Shown here: piece by piece, positions 37,661 to 52,342 of the stretch
How positions within the stretch are numbered: position 1 is the stretch's first letter
Layout: every line of letters starts with the position of its first letter
Assembly: GCA_964016885.1 (NCBI GenBank)
Contig: OZ024740.1
Location: 149,792,001-149,856,000, forward strand
Length of the DNA: 64,000 bases
Direction of reading: 5' to 3'
Source: Eledone cirrhosa
Lineage: Eukaryota
Translations under genes and position numbers: made by a program
Notes under the pieces: generated by a model
What the model was told of the DNA's origin: nothing
The model's database searches: none
What the model saw: the letters and a program-made list of their open reading frames with translations, nothing else

Positions 37661-38476
37661 TACAATAACAGAGATAGTTTAAAGCTAATCTCTGACTGGT
37701 AACCATCTCACTCAACAAACATTAGGTTATATTTTAATATAACCCAATTTAAGTGTTCGGGGTGCTAACAATATGTATTATGTGGAAAAGCCAGTTGTAT
37801 TATTTTATGAGATATAATTAAAGTTAAAATATATATATATACAACTTCTGATTTAGCCTAAGAAAATATCTATATGCGTGTGTAATTTATACAAGCATAT
37901 ATTTATTTTTTTATTTTCAATTGAGTTCTTAAACACGTTGGATTGATAATGTTTTCAAAAAAACTAATTAACCCGCGTGTATATTATTTTTTTTCCCTCA
38001 TTTCGTGGGTTGTCTCCCCTTCCCGCTTCGTGTCGCTATGATACTTCCTCAGTCAAAAACTGCTGGAATTTCAAATTTGGCGGTCATTCGAGGTGAGAGA
38101 GACCAACTTTACGGACATGATTTTGACAGCGGTAAGAAATTGTTTTCTTATATCAATGTTTAATGGGCTTCCACTGATGATTTATAAGTGCCCACCTAAA
38201 TATATTCTTACATGAATATATATTAGGCTTCTACATAAACTGGAAACATTCTCCAAAACTTGTAGAAAACTTATAATGAAACAATTGTTTGGAAAGAGAG
38301 ATATACTTTAACTTTAATTATATCTCATAAAATAATACTACTGGTTTTTCCACATTATACATATTGTTAGCACCCCAAACACTTAAATTGGGTCTATATT
38401 TTAATATAACCTAATGTTTGTTGAGTGAGATGGTTACCAGTCAGAGTTTAGCTTTAAACTATCTCTGTTATTGTAT
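37660..38476 (+). mobile_element. Non-coding PLE terminal-repeat-like element with inverted end duplication; related copy at ~45745-46360 (-)
   Basis: 37660-37827 is the inverse of ~38306-38476; contains an HHR; flanked by (TA)n. Confidence 0.7.
38169..38294 (+). ncRNA. Type I hammerhead ribozyme with canonical core and ~80-nt stem II insertion (homolog 45921-46041 -)
   Basis: TTCCA-CTGATGA-T-TTATAAG...CTTATAA-T-GAAACAATTGT-T-TGGAA. Confidence 0.8.
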
Positions 38477-38624
38477 TATATATATATATATATATGAGTG
38501 TGTGTGTGTATATATGTGTGCCTGTGTCTATGACAGTGTATATATGGATCACAGACACCCACATATATATATACACACACAGACAAACACACACACAAAC
38601 ACACACACACACACACACACACAT

Positions 38625-38684
<60 letters not shown>

Positions 38685-40214
38685 AAAGACCAGGTGGAAA
38701 AGGAGAGAGAAAGAGAGAAAAAAAAGGGAGAAAACTTACCAAAGTGCCCCCCAAAGCTCCAAACACCCCCTAACTACCCTTTGCTCCCAAACGCCCCGCG
38801 GGAGTGCATATTCCCCCCGTTGAGAACTTTTGTTCTATACTATTCTACTAGGTATAACACTGATATCTGCACCTCTTTTCCTCCAACTTTAATCTTCATT
38901 GACCGTCCACACTTTTCTATACAGTCTGTCTAAATTCTTTTACACTCGCAACTTTCTTTTCTTTTCTTAAAGGTCATTCGATACCTCATCCCCTGACTAC
39001 AAATTTATTCATCTACTACTACCAGCTTAATGATCTATATTGCCCCTTCCTATTTTTACTATTGGTTAATCTCAACCTTGTTCTTAAAAGGTTATTTATT
39101 CATACATGTTTTTATTCTTCAATAAACCAAACTGGATGTGTGTTCATATGCACACAATGAAACACATGAAAATGTAAACGTCATTTCTAAAATATAAAGC
39201 CGGATTTTTATTTACAAAAAAAAAAAAAAAAATATATAAAAAATTTTGTCACGCCTGACTGTACTGCAATGAACAGTGCTTTATAGTAATTTTTCTACAA
39301 AGGAAATCTTTGAATAAAAAAAAACCATATTTATACATATCTCCGGTTCAACAAAAACAGAACAATCAAATAAATACCAGACTCAACTATCCCTTGAAGG
39401 CGATGCTCCAGTATGGCTGCAGTCTGATGGTTGAAAATAGTAAAAGAATATATGTATGTATATATGTTGTATGTATGTATGTTTCTCTTTCTCTTAATTT
39501 CGAGTACATTTTTGACCGGCCACCTTCCTTGTGGCAAGGTTGTACCCCCCCCCCCAAAAAAAAAAAAACAACGAAAAATAAAACACAGCAAACCGAAGAA
39601 CGTGCAACAACTAGAGAGAGAATCCAAGATCACAGCGGTAACAAAACATAAGTTCGAGGTTTTTTTTCGCTGTTTTCTCTTTTCGCCCCTTTCCCTTCTA
39701 TTTTCCTTCTCTCCCTGCTCCGTTTTCCCAATAACTTACCCGGTTATTGAACGCCCTGGGGGTAGATATATTGTCTTTAAAGCGTTGAAATATCCGAGAC
39801 CCCCAGGAGACAACTGACGAGGAAAACATCCCCGCCCTCCGTTCTTGCTTTCTTCTTACTCTCAATCCATTTTAAAGCCTAACTTAACTTGCAACAACAC
39901 AGCCACCCTATTCTCCATATATTTTATCATGTTTTACTGTGACCCGTCTTCTCTCTCTCTCTCTCTCTTCTCTCTCCCTCTACCTACCTACTTCGTTACT
40001 ATCTACTCTTCCCCTCTTTCTTCCTCTCCCTTTCTCCGTCTCACTTTCGCTCACCCTCTTTCTGCCTGCCATCTCATTGTTTTCCCTCGGCTGACCTCCT
40101 AGCAGTCTTTTTCTCACTCACACTCGCTTGGGTCAGTCGCCTTTTTCGTTCGATCACACGCTCTCGAACTTATGTTATATATATATTACACACACACACA
40201 CATATATATATATA

Positions 40215-41107
<893 letters not shown>

Positions 41108-41109
41108 TA

Positions 41110-41412
41110 TATATATATAGTATAAAAAAAAGCCCTAAAAAGCTGAAAAAGAATGAAGTTTTTCACCTAATGCGGGCAATAGGCCATAAAAAAAGTTGGA
41201 TTTTCTTTGCTCACGGTATGAAGAAGAGACTGACTAATACATAGTTACAATTTCAAGGAAATCGGTTTGACGTAACGCCTCAAAAAACCCCTAAAAAGAT
41301 GGAAAAAACGCAGGGGATCAAAAAGTTGAATTTTTTTTATGTGCATAACACTCCCTGAAATATAAGTAATACACATGTAAAGTTTGAAAAAGATCGGTGG
41401 GGTACTTCTCGG

Positions 41413-41493
<81 letters not shown>

Positions 41494-41527
41494 CCTTCCT
41501 CAGTTTTATATATATACATATATAGAT
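41110..41527 (-). mobile_element. Helitron-like non-autonomous fragment
   Basis: The minus strand begins ATCTATAT...ATATAAAACTGAG...(TG)n, the same layout as 7489-8104. Confidence 0.45.
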
Positions 41528-43179
41528 TAAAATAACAGATTAAAGTTTAAGCAAAGAATCGTTGCTTTCACCCTTAACGGGATCTTCTGAAACTAACAAA
41601 GTCAATCTGTGAACGCAGAAGTAAATATTTCGAAAAACGTTGCAACCGAAGGAAAACAGGAAGACGATACTTTGGTTCGTGACGACGTTCCCTGGCAATG
41701 AACGGATAATAGCGAACATAATACGTCATCAATGTTCGTCAGAATGTCGTAATGCAGACAGCCAGGCATACAGACAGATATTATAAGAGCGCGACGGAGA
41801 TGGATAACCAGCACCTAGCACCCATTTATCAACAGAAAATTGAAAAATAAAAGCTGCAGTTAATATCTTTAGACAGCAAGGAATATATAAATGCAAGTTT
41901 GAAGTCAATGGGAGTAGAAATGTGGATTTGTATAGACTTTGCAAAAATGAGGACATATACACACACACACACACAGACAACATCAGTTTTATATATAGAG
42001 ACTAGCAGAAAACCACCCGGTGGGTGGTTTTCTGCTAGTCGATATATATTTAACACACACACAAACACACAAACACACAAACACAAACACAGACACACAC
42101 ACACATACATATATATATATACACCCATGTTCATATTTTGAGATGCATTATTCTCAAATCAGATTATTATCTCTGACAGGAAGAACCAGTTTATAATTTT
42201 TAAGAAAGATTAAGCATACAGAGATATTTTAGGAAACTTATGAATTCCTATACACACACACACAAACACTTACACAGATACACACAGACAGACACACACG
42301 CATACAGACACATACGCTAACACACACATACCATACACACACTCATACATACGCACATATGCACACACGCTAACACACACATACACACGCACATACACAC
42401 TTAAACCTATATATATGTGTATATATATAGAGAGACACACATAATATACATATATAATATATATTTATATATATATTATATATATATATATTATATATAC
42501 ACACACACACACGCACACACATACACACACACATATAACACACACACACATATATAACACACACACGCACACACATACACACACACATACACACACACAT
42601 ACACACACATATAACACACACATATATAATACACACACACACACGCATACACACACATATATATATATATATTATATGCTCAGCCTCAGTGAGTTGGTTA
42701 AAACACAAAAGCCAGTCTTAAAGTTGTCTGTAAATTCAAAGAAATCGGCTGTCTGGCTAGATCTCCATGGTAACTACTCCAAGGTCGCGCGTGCCATGGC
42801 TGGGAACGCAGGTGTCACGTGCTGGCCTAGAACGCTGGTTGTTGGAATCAGTGGTCGACGACAGGGAGTGAGAGGGGAGAGAAAGAAAGGCAGAGGTGAA
42901 GTGACGAAGTGACTCTCTCTTCCTCCTCCTCCTCCATCTCCCCATTCGTCACAGCGATAGAGGGGAGGAATGTTAGTGTGTTACAAAGAGAAAGAGTGAG
43001 AGTGAGAGAAACAGACAGACTAAAAGAGAGGGATAGCTGGAGAGAGAGAGAGATAGCAACCACGCGCGCACGTGTTTCCACTGTCGGACAGACAGAGAAA
43101 TTGCTGGTTATATATTATAAGGAGATAGTATAAGTAATATTACAAATAAAAAAAAATAAAAATAAACACAGAAGACGGT

Positions 43180-43560
43180 AGCACACACCTCTAGGACCAC
43201 ATACAACACATAATCAGATAATAAACACATCTAGGACCACATACAACACATAAGCAGGTAGGACCACATACAACACATAAACAGGTAATACACATATCTA
43301 GGACCATATGCAACACATAAGGAGGTAGCACACACATCTAGGACCACATACAACATGCAGGCAGGTAATACATACATTTAGGACCACATACAACACATAA
43401 GCAGGTAATACAAACATCTAGGACCACATACAACATATAAAGAGGTAATACACACATCTAGGACCCTATACAACACACAATCAGGTAATACATACAGCTG
43501 GGACTACCTACAACACACAGGCAGGTAATACATACATCTAGGACCAAATACAACACACAT
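43180..43560 (+). repeat. ~39-bp minisatellite inside the hAT element (~10 copies)
   Basis: Repeats of ACACATCTAGGACCACATACAACACATAAGCAGGTAAT. Confidence 0.9.
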
Positions 43561-45280
43561 TGTATCATGTGCTACGGACGACACAAGAGCAATGGTCGGC
43601 CAACATAAGGGTTTCGTCACTCTTCTGAAGAGAGAAAATCTATCTGTATTTGTTGTTTATTGTGTCATTCATCGACAACACTTGGCTGCGAAGAAATTCA
43701 GCAAGCCGCTGAGCAAGTCCTTGCAGGTGGCCATTGATGTCATCAATTTTCTCAAACGGCATTCCCTCAATGAACGAATTTTCCGGTAACTGTGCCAAGA
43801 TAATGACGAAGAATTCGTCAAGTTGCTCCTTCATAATGAAGTGAGGTGGCTTTCAAAGGGCAAGTGCCCTACTCACTTCTTTGAACTGTTCGACTCTATC
43901 ATTGAGTTTCTGTGGGGACGCAACACAGAACTGTACAAGAAAATGTGAGGCAAAACTGCGCCTACCTCACCGACATCGTCGACAAATGCAATAGCGTCAT
44001 TTTGGCTTTGCAGGGGAAGAAGATCACCTTGCTTAAAGCAAGGAATGCTGTGAAAACATTCCTGGCCAAATTGAATGTCATCGAAAGGAATCTTTGTTGA
44101 CGGGAATTCTATAATTTTCCTAGTGTCGCCAATGTTCAAAACATTGTAAGCGATGACCAACTCCAAATTTATACCGCTCACCTCCGTGCGCTACAAGACA
44201 ACATGACAGAACGGTTTGTCGACCTTTTGCCGATGGACATCCCAATGTGGGTAGCAGATTCCTTCATAGCTAACGTCGATGATTTGGACGTTATATTTCA
44301 GGAAGAATTCATTGAACTTCAAGCAGATGACATGATCAAAATTAGATTTCTCAAAATAGGTGAACCCCTTGTTTGGATGCAAGAGGAAATTCAGGTCGAT
44401 TTCCACTCCTACATGCAGAGGCTAAGAGATTTGCTCTGCCTTTTTCAAGCTCATACTTAGTCAAGAGGAGGTTGGGTGCTGTTTCCAGACTGCACAGTAA
44501 GGCTCGCAACCACTACAATGTAATTACACGTGGAGTTCTCCGGCTACATCTTACGAAAATCCAGCCTGACGTCAAAGAGTTAGCTAGACTCCATAAAGTT
44601 CAAGGGTCCCATTGAAATGAGGTCAAAGTTAAAGTAAGTTGATTTATCCGAAAACTTGGATATACTATTGTTACAAAGCAAACTAACAATTTGTTTTATT
44701 TGTAGTTGCAGTCTGACTGGACTGGAAACCATCTACTACAATTCACTTACTCATTTGTTATATATATTTTACCATTTACTAATAAATATACCCTCACGCG
44801 TGGTCATGAAAACCCTCTTCCGTGGTATCTAAGCTCACAAAGCAGAGGGGACATCAAGTTAGATATCAACATTTATTCTGTCCGTTTCATTAAAGGGAAA
44901 ATTGGAAAGCTTTGAAATGATATAATTGCCATTTCTTTCATATAAGAGCACTCTTTGGATAGACAGAGTTGCTCTTGTATAAATGTTCAAAATAGCTGGT
45001 ATCGCCTGGTGGGAATATAACAAATTCAACTGGTCCTTATTCATAAAAAAGAACATTTATGCTCCTTTTTTTGGAAATTTATATATTTCCTTTCAAGGAA
45101 TGTATTTATACTCTCAGCTGCCTGCAATGGTATCTTTGGAATATTGTTAATCAATTTTTTAGTAATCTACTGATATCAAAATCAGTAGTATATTGAAAAA
45201 TGGAACAATAGGGTAGGGGCGTTTCGTGATTTCGAGGGACAAAAGAGGGTGTTTGGCCTAAATGGGTTGAGAACCTGTGG
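43560..45280 (+). mobile_element. hAT (Buster/Charlie/ZBED5-like) transposase pseudogene with 3' end
   Basis: CATD...AMVGQHKGFVTLLK, YCVIHRQHLAAK, LLLHNEVRWLSKG, AYLTDI, LQGK, LPFSSSYLV, LRLHLTKIQPD..L...QGSH, with stops and frameshifts. Ends GGTTGAGAACCTGTG. Confidence 0.88.
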
Positions 45281-45686
45281 TATAGAACAATGCTAAATAT
45301 TTGTTATTTCTTAGTTAAAGAGGAATAATTTGTTCTAAAAATATAACAAGTAGAGGAATATAGATGGAACTAAAGAAAAGTAAAATTTAGATAAAAAAGA
45401 AAATAATAACATTTTTGTAAGTATTGTATTGTGTTAGAGTGGTCAGAATGAAGATTTACCTGTAGGGAATTTTATTTTCGAATAAGAAATCTCATTAATA
45501 ATCTGGTTTTCTTAATAGGTTTAAATGCATGTTTGTTAAAGTTTTGTTAGAGTGTTGAATATAATGTAATATATAGTGCTCATTAATAGTTAATTATTTA
45601 AAACAGTTATAGGGATGAGATATAGGATTGAGTCTATGGATTTATTCTAATAGCAAACATATATATATATACATACACACACACAT

Positions 45687-45739
<53 letters not shown>

Positions 45740-46552
45740 TTTAATACATTAACAGAGAAAGCTTTAAGCTATACTCTGACTGGCTACCAACTCACTCAAC
45801 AAACATTAGGATATACCTTAGTATAATCCTAATTTTACGTTTGGGGTGCTAACTATATGTATTTTGCGGAAAGCCAGTTGTATTATTTTATATGAGACAT
45901 AATTAAAATATATCTCCCTTTCCAAACAATTGTTTCATTATAAGTTTTCTACAAGTTGGGAGAATGTGTCCGGGTTATGTAGAAGCCTGCACACATTACG
46001 TAGGAATATATGCAGGTGGGCACTTATAAATCATCAGTGGATGCCCGTCAAACATCGATATAAAAAAAACTCTCTTACCGATGCTTAATCCCATGTCAGC
46101 TATGGTCTCTCTCCGCGTCAGAATGACCGCCAAATTTGAAATTCCAGCAGTCTCAGAATGAGGAATCTCACAGCGTCATGAAGCGGAAAGGGGAGGTCAT
46201 CGCGAAACACAAGAAAGTAAAATAATTCACACGCGGGTCAATTAATTTTTTCAACAACTTTAACCCTGCGTGTGAAGAACTCAATTAGATTTTTAAAAAT
46301 AAATGTATGCATGTATTATTTATACACGCATATAGGTATTTTCTTAGGCTAAAAACAGAGATATGATACCAGAATAACGATCAATATTTCATAGTAATAA
46401 TAAATACGGAAAGTTACACTTAAAAGGTATCTGGAAATATTCATCTCAGGCCAAATCAAGAGTATAATACATATATATATACATATATACTTATATATAT
46501 GACGGTGCTGACGTATGTGACTTGGTTGGCCTTTTTATCTTAGACATATTAC

Positions 46553-48143
46553 GTGTCAGAGACCCTGTTAAACAAAGCGTTGGACTTCGCTACCACTTAC
46601 ACCACCGTCGATGATTTAGACAGGAAAATCATCGCTCACTGCCGGAAAACCCTCCTCTTCAACGACGGAGTAGCCTGGGCAAAGAAGTCTACATCTTCAG
46701 ATCTGTTCGACATCTCCATGGGATCGTTTGACAGTGCTGACGTATGTGACTTGGTTGGCCTTTTTATCTTAGACATATTACGTGTTAGATTCCCGGACTT
46801 CCACACGGGAATATACCGTGACGATGGACTGACTTTATCGAGCCATAAAAGTGGTCACGACTTCGACCGGTTTAAAAAAGACTTAGCTTCTACCTTCAAT
46901 GAGTTAGGCCTTAGGATAACAGTAGCCACCAACCTCTCTAGCGTGGATTTCTTAGACATTAATTTAGACCTTCGCGCACACACCCACAGACCCTTCCATA
47001 AACTAAACGAGAAACTTAATTACATTCACAAGGACTCATGCCACCCTCCCACTGTTTTTAGAAACTTCGTTAAGAATATCAGTACTAGAATCTCAAACCT
47101 CTCCTCTAATAAGGCTATCTTTGACAGGGTGGCACCCTACTATAACACGGCGTTGGCTAACAGCGGCTTCTCACAACCTATCACCTACTCTCCCACTAGC
47201 AACAACACCATTAAAAAAAGTAAGCGCATCAATAGACAAACTATCTGGTTCTCTCCCCCTTTCTCACTCAACGTTAAAACCAATGTAGGAAAAAAATGTC
47301 TAGCACTCTTAGATAGACACTTCCCCATAGGTCATAAATACCGCTCCATCTTTAACCGACACAAAGTTAAACTAGGATACTCCTGCGCTAAGAACATGAA
47401 GGCCCACATCACCAGCAGCCCTAGGAGCAACACCCCACCAGAGTGCTCTTGCCGTAAGCCTGAAGCTTGCCCGCTTCAACAACAATGCAACACACCAGCT
47501 GTAATCTATGAAGCTGTGGTCACTTCCAACCGACCAAACGAACCACAGGAGGTCAAATCCTATGTGGGCATGGCGGAGGGCCGATTCAAGGAGCGTTTCC
47601 TGAACCACCAGTCTACCTTCAGATACCCGGACAGACGTTCATCCACGAAACTCGCGAGCCACGTATGGTCCCTCAAGGACACAAGTATAGGGCACTCCAT
47701 TCAATGGAAAGCCATCACTAAGTCCAAGCCATACGCAAGGGGAAATCCGACGTGTGGCTTATGTATTGACGAACGAATAACTATCCTAAAGAGATTACGC
47801 AATAGTGATTGCCTAAACACGAGAAGTGAATTTTTCACACGTTGTCCACACGTCACCAAACATCTATTGCATAACTACAAGGCTCCGGACTGATTCTTTG
47901 TAATTTTATTTAAAAAAATTTTTATTTTATTTTCAACCAAAAAACTTTCCGGACTTTCGCAGTTATCTCCCTTACACCCCCGCACGCAGTCTACTATTGC
48001 TTATGTGAAGTGACCGAGTTTCTGCGCATGCGCGTTCGTACGGTTGTCCTTCCTGTTCCTATAACCATATACATCCCGAGCTGAAGATCGGCGAAGATGA
48101 AACAATTGTTCTCGGTATGGTGAACTAACTGTTGTGTAACCAC

Positions 48144-48146
<3 letters not shown>
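46553..48146 (+). mobile_element. 5'-truncated Penelope-like retroelement (Naiad-like) with uninterrupted RT-thumb-GIY-YIG frame to 47893
   Basis: FDISMGSFDSADVCDLVG, GIYRDDGL, FLDINLDL, WFSPPFS, CSCR...CPL, VIYEA...YVG...FKER...H, CGLC, LNTRSE..CPH. Flanked by (TA)n. Confidence 0.93.
48072..48119 (+). ncRNA. Minimal type I hammerhead ribozyme in the PLE 3' end
   Basis: CATCCCGAG-CTGAAGA-TCGGCGAAGAT-GAAACAATTGT-T-CTCGGTATG; stem II is weak. Confidence 0.75.
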
Positions 48147-48227
<81 letters not shown>

Positions 48228-49994
48228 GGATACTATTTATGGTTATGTATATACTAAAACTTTTTATAGTTATATATATTTTCAACCCTAAACAGTGAAG
48301 GTCGGTAATTAATTACTACCTTATTAGCAGTAAGATAAATAGCTCAATGTAATAACATCAGTTGTTCTACAGAGCAGTTATATAGAATTCACAGGAATCA
48401 AAGCTATGTTCAAAGCATTTATTTTTACAATTGTTTTATCCAAACCTAGGCTTGGAACCTTCGGACCATTTTTCAATGTTTGTACACATGATTGACCTCC
48501 TTTCCAACGCAAGAGACATACAGATACATATGTATATATTGATGTACAGTGGAGTGACATATATTATATTATATTACTTCCGTATAGCAATTCAAATTCA
48601 ATGTCAAGATAAATATCAAAATTAAAACAAAATTAAAATACATTCGACAGTTAACATAGATAATGCAAGAGGATAGTTTGTTCGTCAGATGTAGTAGTTA
48701 TTGTATGCGTTAGTTATGTGTGTCTCATTTATATATGATTATTGTGTGGCGGGGTATTACATGTAATACAAGAACTTTACGTGGGTAAGTAAGAGTATTA
48801 TGGAGGTTGCAGTTGTAAGGTATTTTTTGTATATGATAAATAAGTATGTGCGCAGAAAAATAGAAATAGAAAGGAGAAGCAAAAGAGAGTTATGGTTTTC
48901 GTATCCACCACCATTTTCACATTCAGGTAATGTAATATATAGTTTATACATCCATCACATAATTGACGATGATTCCGTATTGGATGTTTGATGCATTAAA
49001 TTAAATTATTTTAGCTTATTGCGGCTCAGTGTTCTTTAGTCAAATTTTATAGGGTAGGTTGTTTCTGCTGCGAGAATTTACATCGGTTTATTATCCGGAA
49101 GTATGTGTGTAATTAAGGGGGGTCAATGCGTTATGGGAGGTAACTAGCTGATTTCCATAACTAAATTATTGTTCTAACATACATTATAAGGTGTCTCAAT
49201 TGAGTCCTTTCTATAGACGGTTATATATTTATATCCAGTTTCCAATTTTAAACACAGTCTACTCTATCATGATGTACTAAAGGTATTTATATTAGGATGA
49301 TTACTCCCTATCATAGAGTGCTACAACTGGATATTCGATACAAAGAGCCACATCTTTATATCAAAGTTCCTTGCATGTGTAGTCTAGTCACAGAACACGT
49401 CAGGGGACCTATTAGTATTATGTCTACATAACCCCTGGTAAGTTCTGGAGCAGCGTATGGCTGTCTGCATGGCAAAGCCAAATACATCTCTATGGCAGAC
49501 AAAACCATCCCTCATTTACAATGTCATTAATCTATCCCTCAAGTTGTACCTGCATATATAACTCACTTCCCATTCACACACAATTCATTGCACTCAACAT
49601 ATAGGTTATACAGATCTCTTATGTTAATAAATTAATCTTATATAAATCCAATGTTATCACTCCATACATACACATACATTTGCATAAATAATTCATTGTC
49701 GAATTTGGTGTTTAAAGCTTATATAGACTGTATTGTATAATTATAAGTGATACCCCATGAACACCCACCCTTAGTATAACCACCCCCAGCTACTATATAA
49801 TTATAAGCAGTTGAAAGTAATTACCCCAAAAGTAGATGCTCATGGGGATATTTCCAGGGTATAAAGTTATAGACAGATGGAATGATTTGTGTTGAGATAG
49901 GGTGGATTAGAGAGTGTGGAGTTGTGGTGTAAGGTGTGCCCTTGAGGTGTAATCCTATATATATCCAATGTTATCACTCCATACATACAAATAC

Positions 49995-50900
49995 ATATCC
50001 TCATCCTCACATCTTCCCAAGACATGGCGAACAGAATCTATGAGACGTTCAACAACACGGACGAGAACATTGATTTCAGTGTTGAACACCCCAGCGACGA
50101 CGGGTCACTTGCCCTCCTTGACTTCCGAATCAACATCACGGAACAGGGAGGGATCCACTACAACTTCTACCGAAAGACAACCTGCAGGGACCTGTTCGTG
50201 CACTACATGTCCGCCTTCCCCAACAGTGCTAAAAGAGGATACATCACGAACGAGATCACGCGAATTAAAAACAGATGCAGCGATCCCGCGAGTGGTGTCA
50301 CTCATACTAAGCGATTCCTCGAAGTGCTGGAGACGAACGGGTACTGTGCCTCACTCACAAACAGAATAAGGGACACCAGACACAAGAGGCAGAGAAACAC
50401 CCAAGGCAAGTGCTTCCTTAAAATACCACACCTGGGCGAGAATACCACCAACGCTATCCGCAAGGTTATACGGAGGGAGGGCCTCGACATCCACCTGGCC
50501 CACTCGGGCCCGTCCCTGCGAAGATGCCTCTCCAGCAAACCCGGGAAATCAACTGACGCATGCTCCCTCAGAAACTGTCCGATGCGCCATACGAACTGTT
50601 GCCTACGCACATACGTCATGTATAAGATAGAATATAACAAGTGCAACCACTACTATATAGGTAGCACAATCCGGCCTCTACACATCCGGATCAAGGAGCA
50701 CATTAACTCCGCATTTGGTTATGTCTTTCCGGAAACACATAACCAAATGTGGAAACAAAGACGGAAGGCCCATTGTCACAATTCAAGCAACAGAAAGAAA
50801 CGTCGACACATTACGAATCAAGGAAGCACTTTGGATCAAACGCCTAGAGCCACAAATAAATAACCGATCCGAGAGAAGCGAAATGAGGTGGTTAAGTAAA
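49995..50900 (+). mobile_element. Penelope/Poseidon-type PLE 3' fragment (RT thumb plus GIY-YIG), frameshifted
   Basis: FSVEH...LALLDFRI...FYRK...VHYMSA, LKIPHLG, VMYKI...YYIGSTIRPLHIRIKEH, IKEALWIKRLEPQIN. Confidence 0.85.
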
Positions 50901-51590
50901 CAAACGATGCAGCAACACACGCACACACACACGCACAGTAGCATTCCACCATACGAACATACTACACTGCTAATACAGACGAACGAAGCAACAACACACG
51001 CACCCCCCCCCCCCACACACACACACACACACACAGTAACATTCACCAAACAGGCAGAGAATACTATCACAACCACACGCTATTCAACAGGGCAGATAAT
51101 ACAATGGACTGACAGCTAACGCCACCCCACTCCCACAATTGAAAGAACTATTTCGGCCGCCGACCTCTGCTTGACCGACCCCATTTCACGCGCACGCGCG
51201 CTCTGCTGAATACCTCAGATATTCAAAACAACGAACAGCGGAGGACACGTGTCGCACCTTTCCGACAGACAACCTATATAATATATATATATTAGTACAG
51301 ATCGAGCCTTGAGCTGATGAATCACGAAATGCGCGTCACACCTAAATAAATACAATGAAGATCAACCACCTCGTCCTTATATGAATATATATATATATAT
51401 ATAAATTTATACGCATATATGTTCATAGACACACACACATATATATATAGAGAGAGAATGCGAGAGGGCGGAGAGGGGGAAGGGGGGGGGAGAATAAGTA
51501 ATACAAATTCACCGATGTAGAGCAATCTAAAACAAGTAAACCTCATCACCATCTTTCCTTAGGGGCAGACTAGTAAAGCAACCTAAAAGT

Positions 51591-51696
51591 AGAAGACTTC
51601 ACTACGGCAGTTTCCAGAAGCCAAAAATTGCATTGACCATCTTAATAGATTAAGATGATCCATACTGCAAGAAGAATCTTTCATCAGAAGGATTCT
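51591..51696 (-). ncRNA. Degenerate HHR with long stem II and GUG triplet
   Basis: CTT-CTGATGA-...TTGCA..GATCATCTTAAT-CT-ATTAAGATGGTC..TGCAA...-GAAACT-gccgt-AGT-G-AAG. Confidence 0.55.
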
Positions 51697-52202
51697 TTTG
51701 GGGTATGAGAAAAAAATTATATAAACCTGTTAGTAAACGGAGTCCATCCTTACCATCCAGCATGGTGCAAAAAGCTACATACATGCGCAGATCGATTAGT
51801 AAAGTAAATATTTGTATATCACGGACAATGTGTCAGGTTCAAAATGACGATAGAAATAGCTCACAAATATAATCCGTCTATCAACTTAACATCTCAGTAG
51901 TTGCAAAGAGAGGAAAACAGGCCGGGCGGTGTGATGTCTAGTATATAGTAGTTTAAAGAAACCTTGCTTAACTAAATCTTTAAAATATAAATTAAAATAG
52001 GGTGCGCACAGGGCAAAGACAATGGGAAAAAACGGAGGCGACCAGTCCCTTCTCAGTCACCTCACTACGGTTTCGGATATTAAGGCCGATACCTTTTTCC
52101 CCCTATTCTCCCTTTTTCTAGGCCTTAGTGTTCTTCTTTGTCTGCATATTGGGCTACCGAAAAACCGAGAGAGAGAAAAGTGGAGAAAGAAAGGGAGAGA
52201 TA

Positions 52203-52342
52203 AAGAAAGAAAAAGAAAAAAGAAAAAAGAAAAAAGAAAAAAGAAAAAAGAAAAAAGAAAAAAGAAAAAAGAAAAAAGAAAAAAGAAAAAAGAAAAAAGA
52301 AAAAAGAAAAAAGAAAAAAGAAAAAAAGAAAAAAAGAGAAAA
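52203..52342. repeat. Polypurine simple repeat (GA5-6)n
   Basis: Directly visible; source of the spurious Lys- and Phe-rich ORFs. Confidence 0.95.

Noticed and set aside
43180-43560. 39-bp repeats as a CRISPR array
   Set aside because: Head-to-tail minisatellite without spacers, located inside a hAT element.
48800-48991. RRSKRELWFSYPPPFS resembling the PLE IIWFNPPFS motif
   Set aside because: A single short resemblance with no neighbouring PLE motifs.
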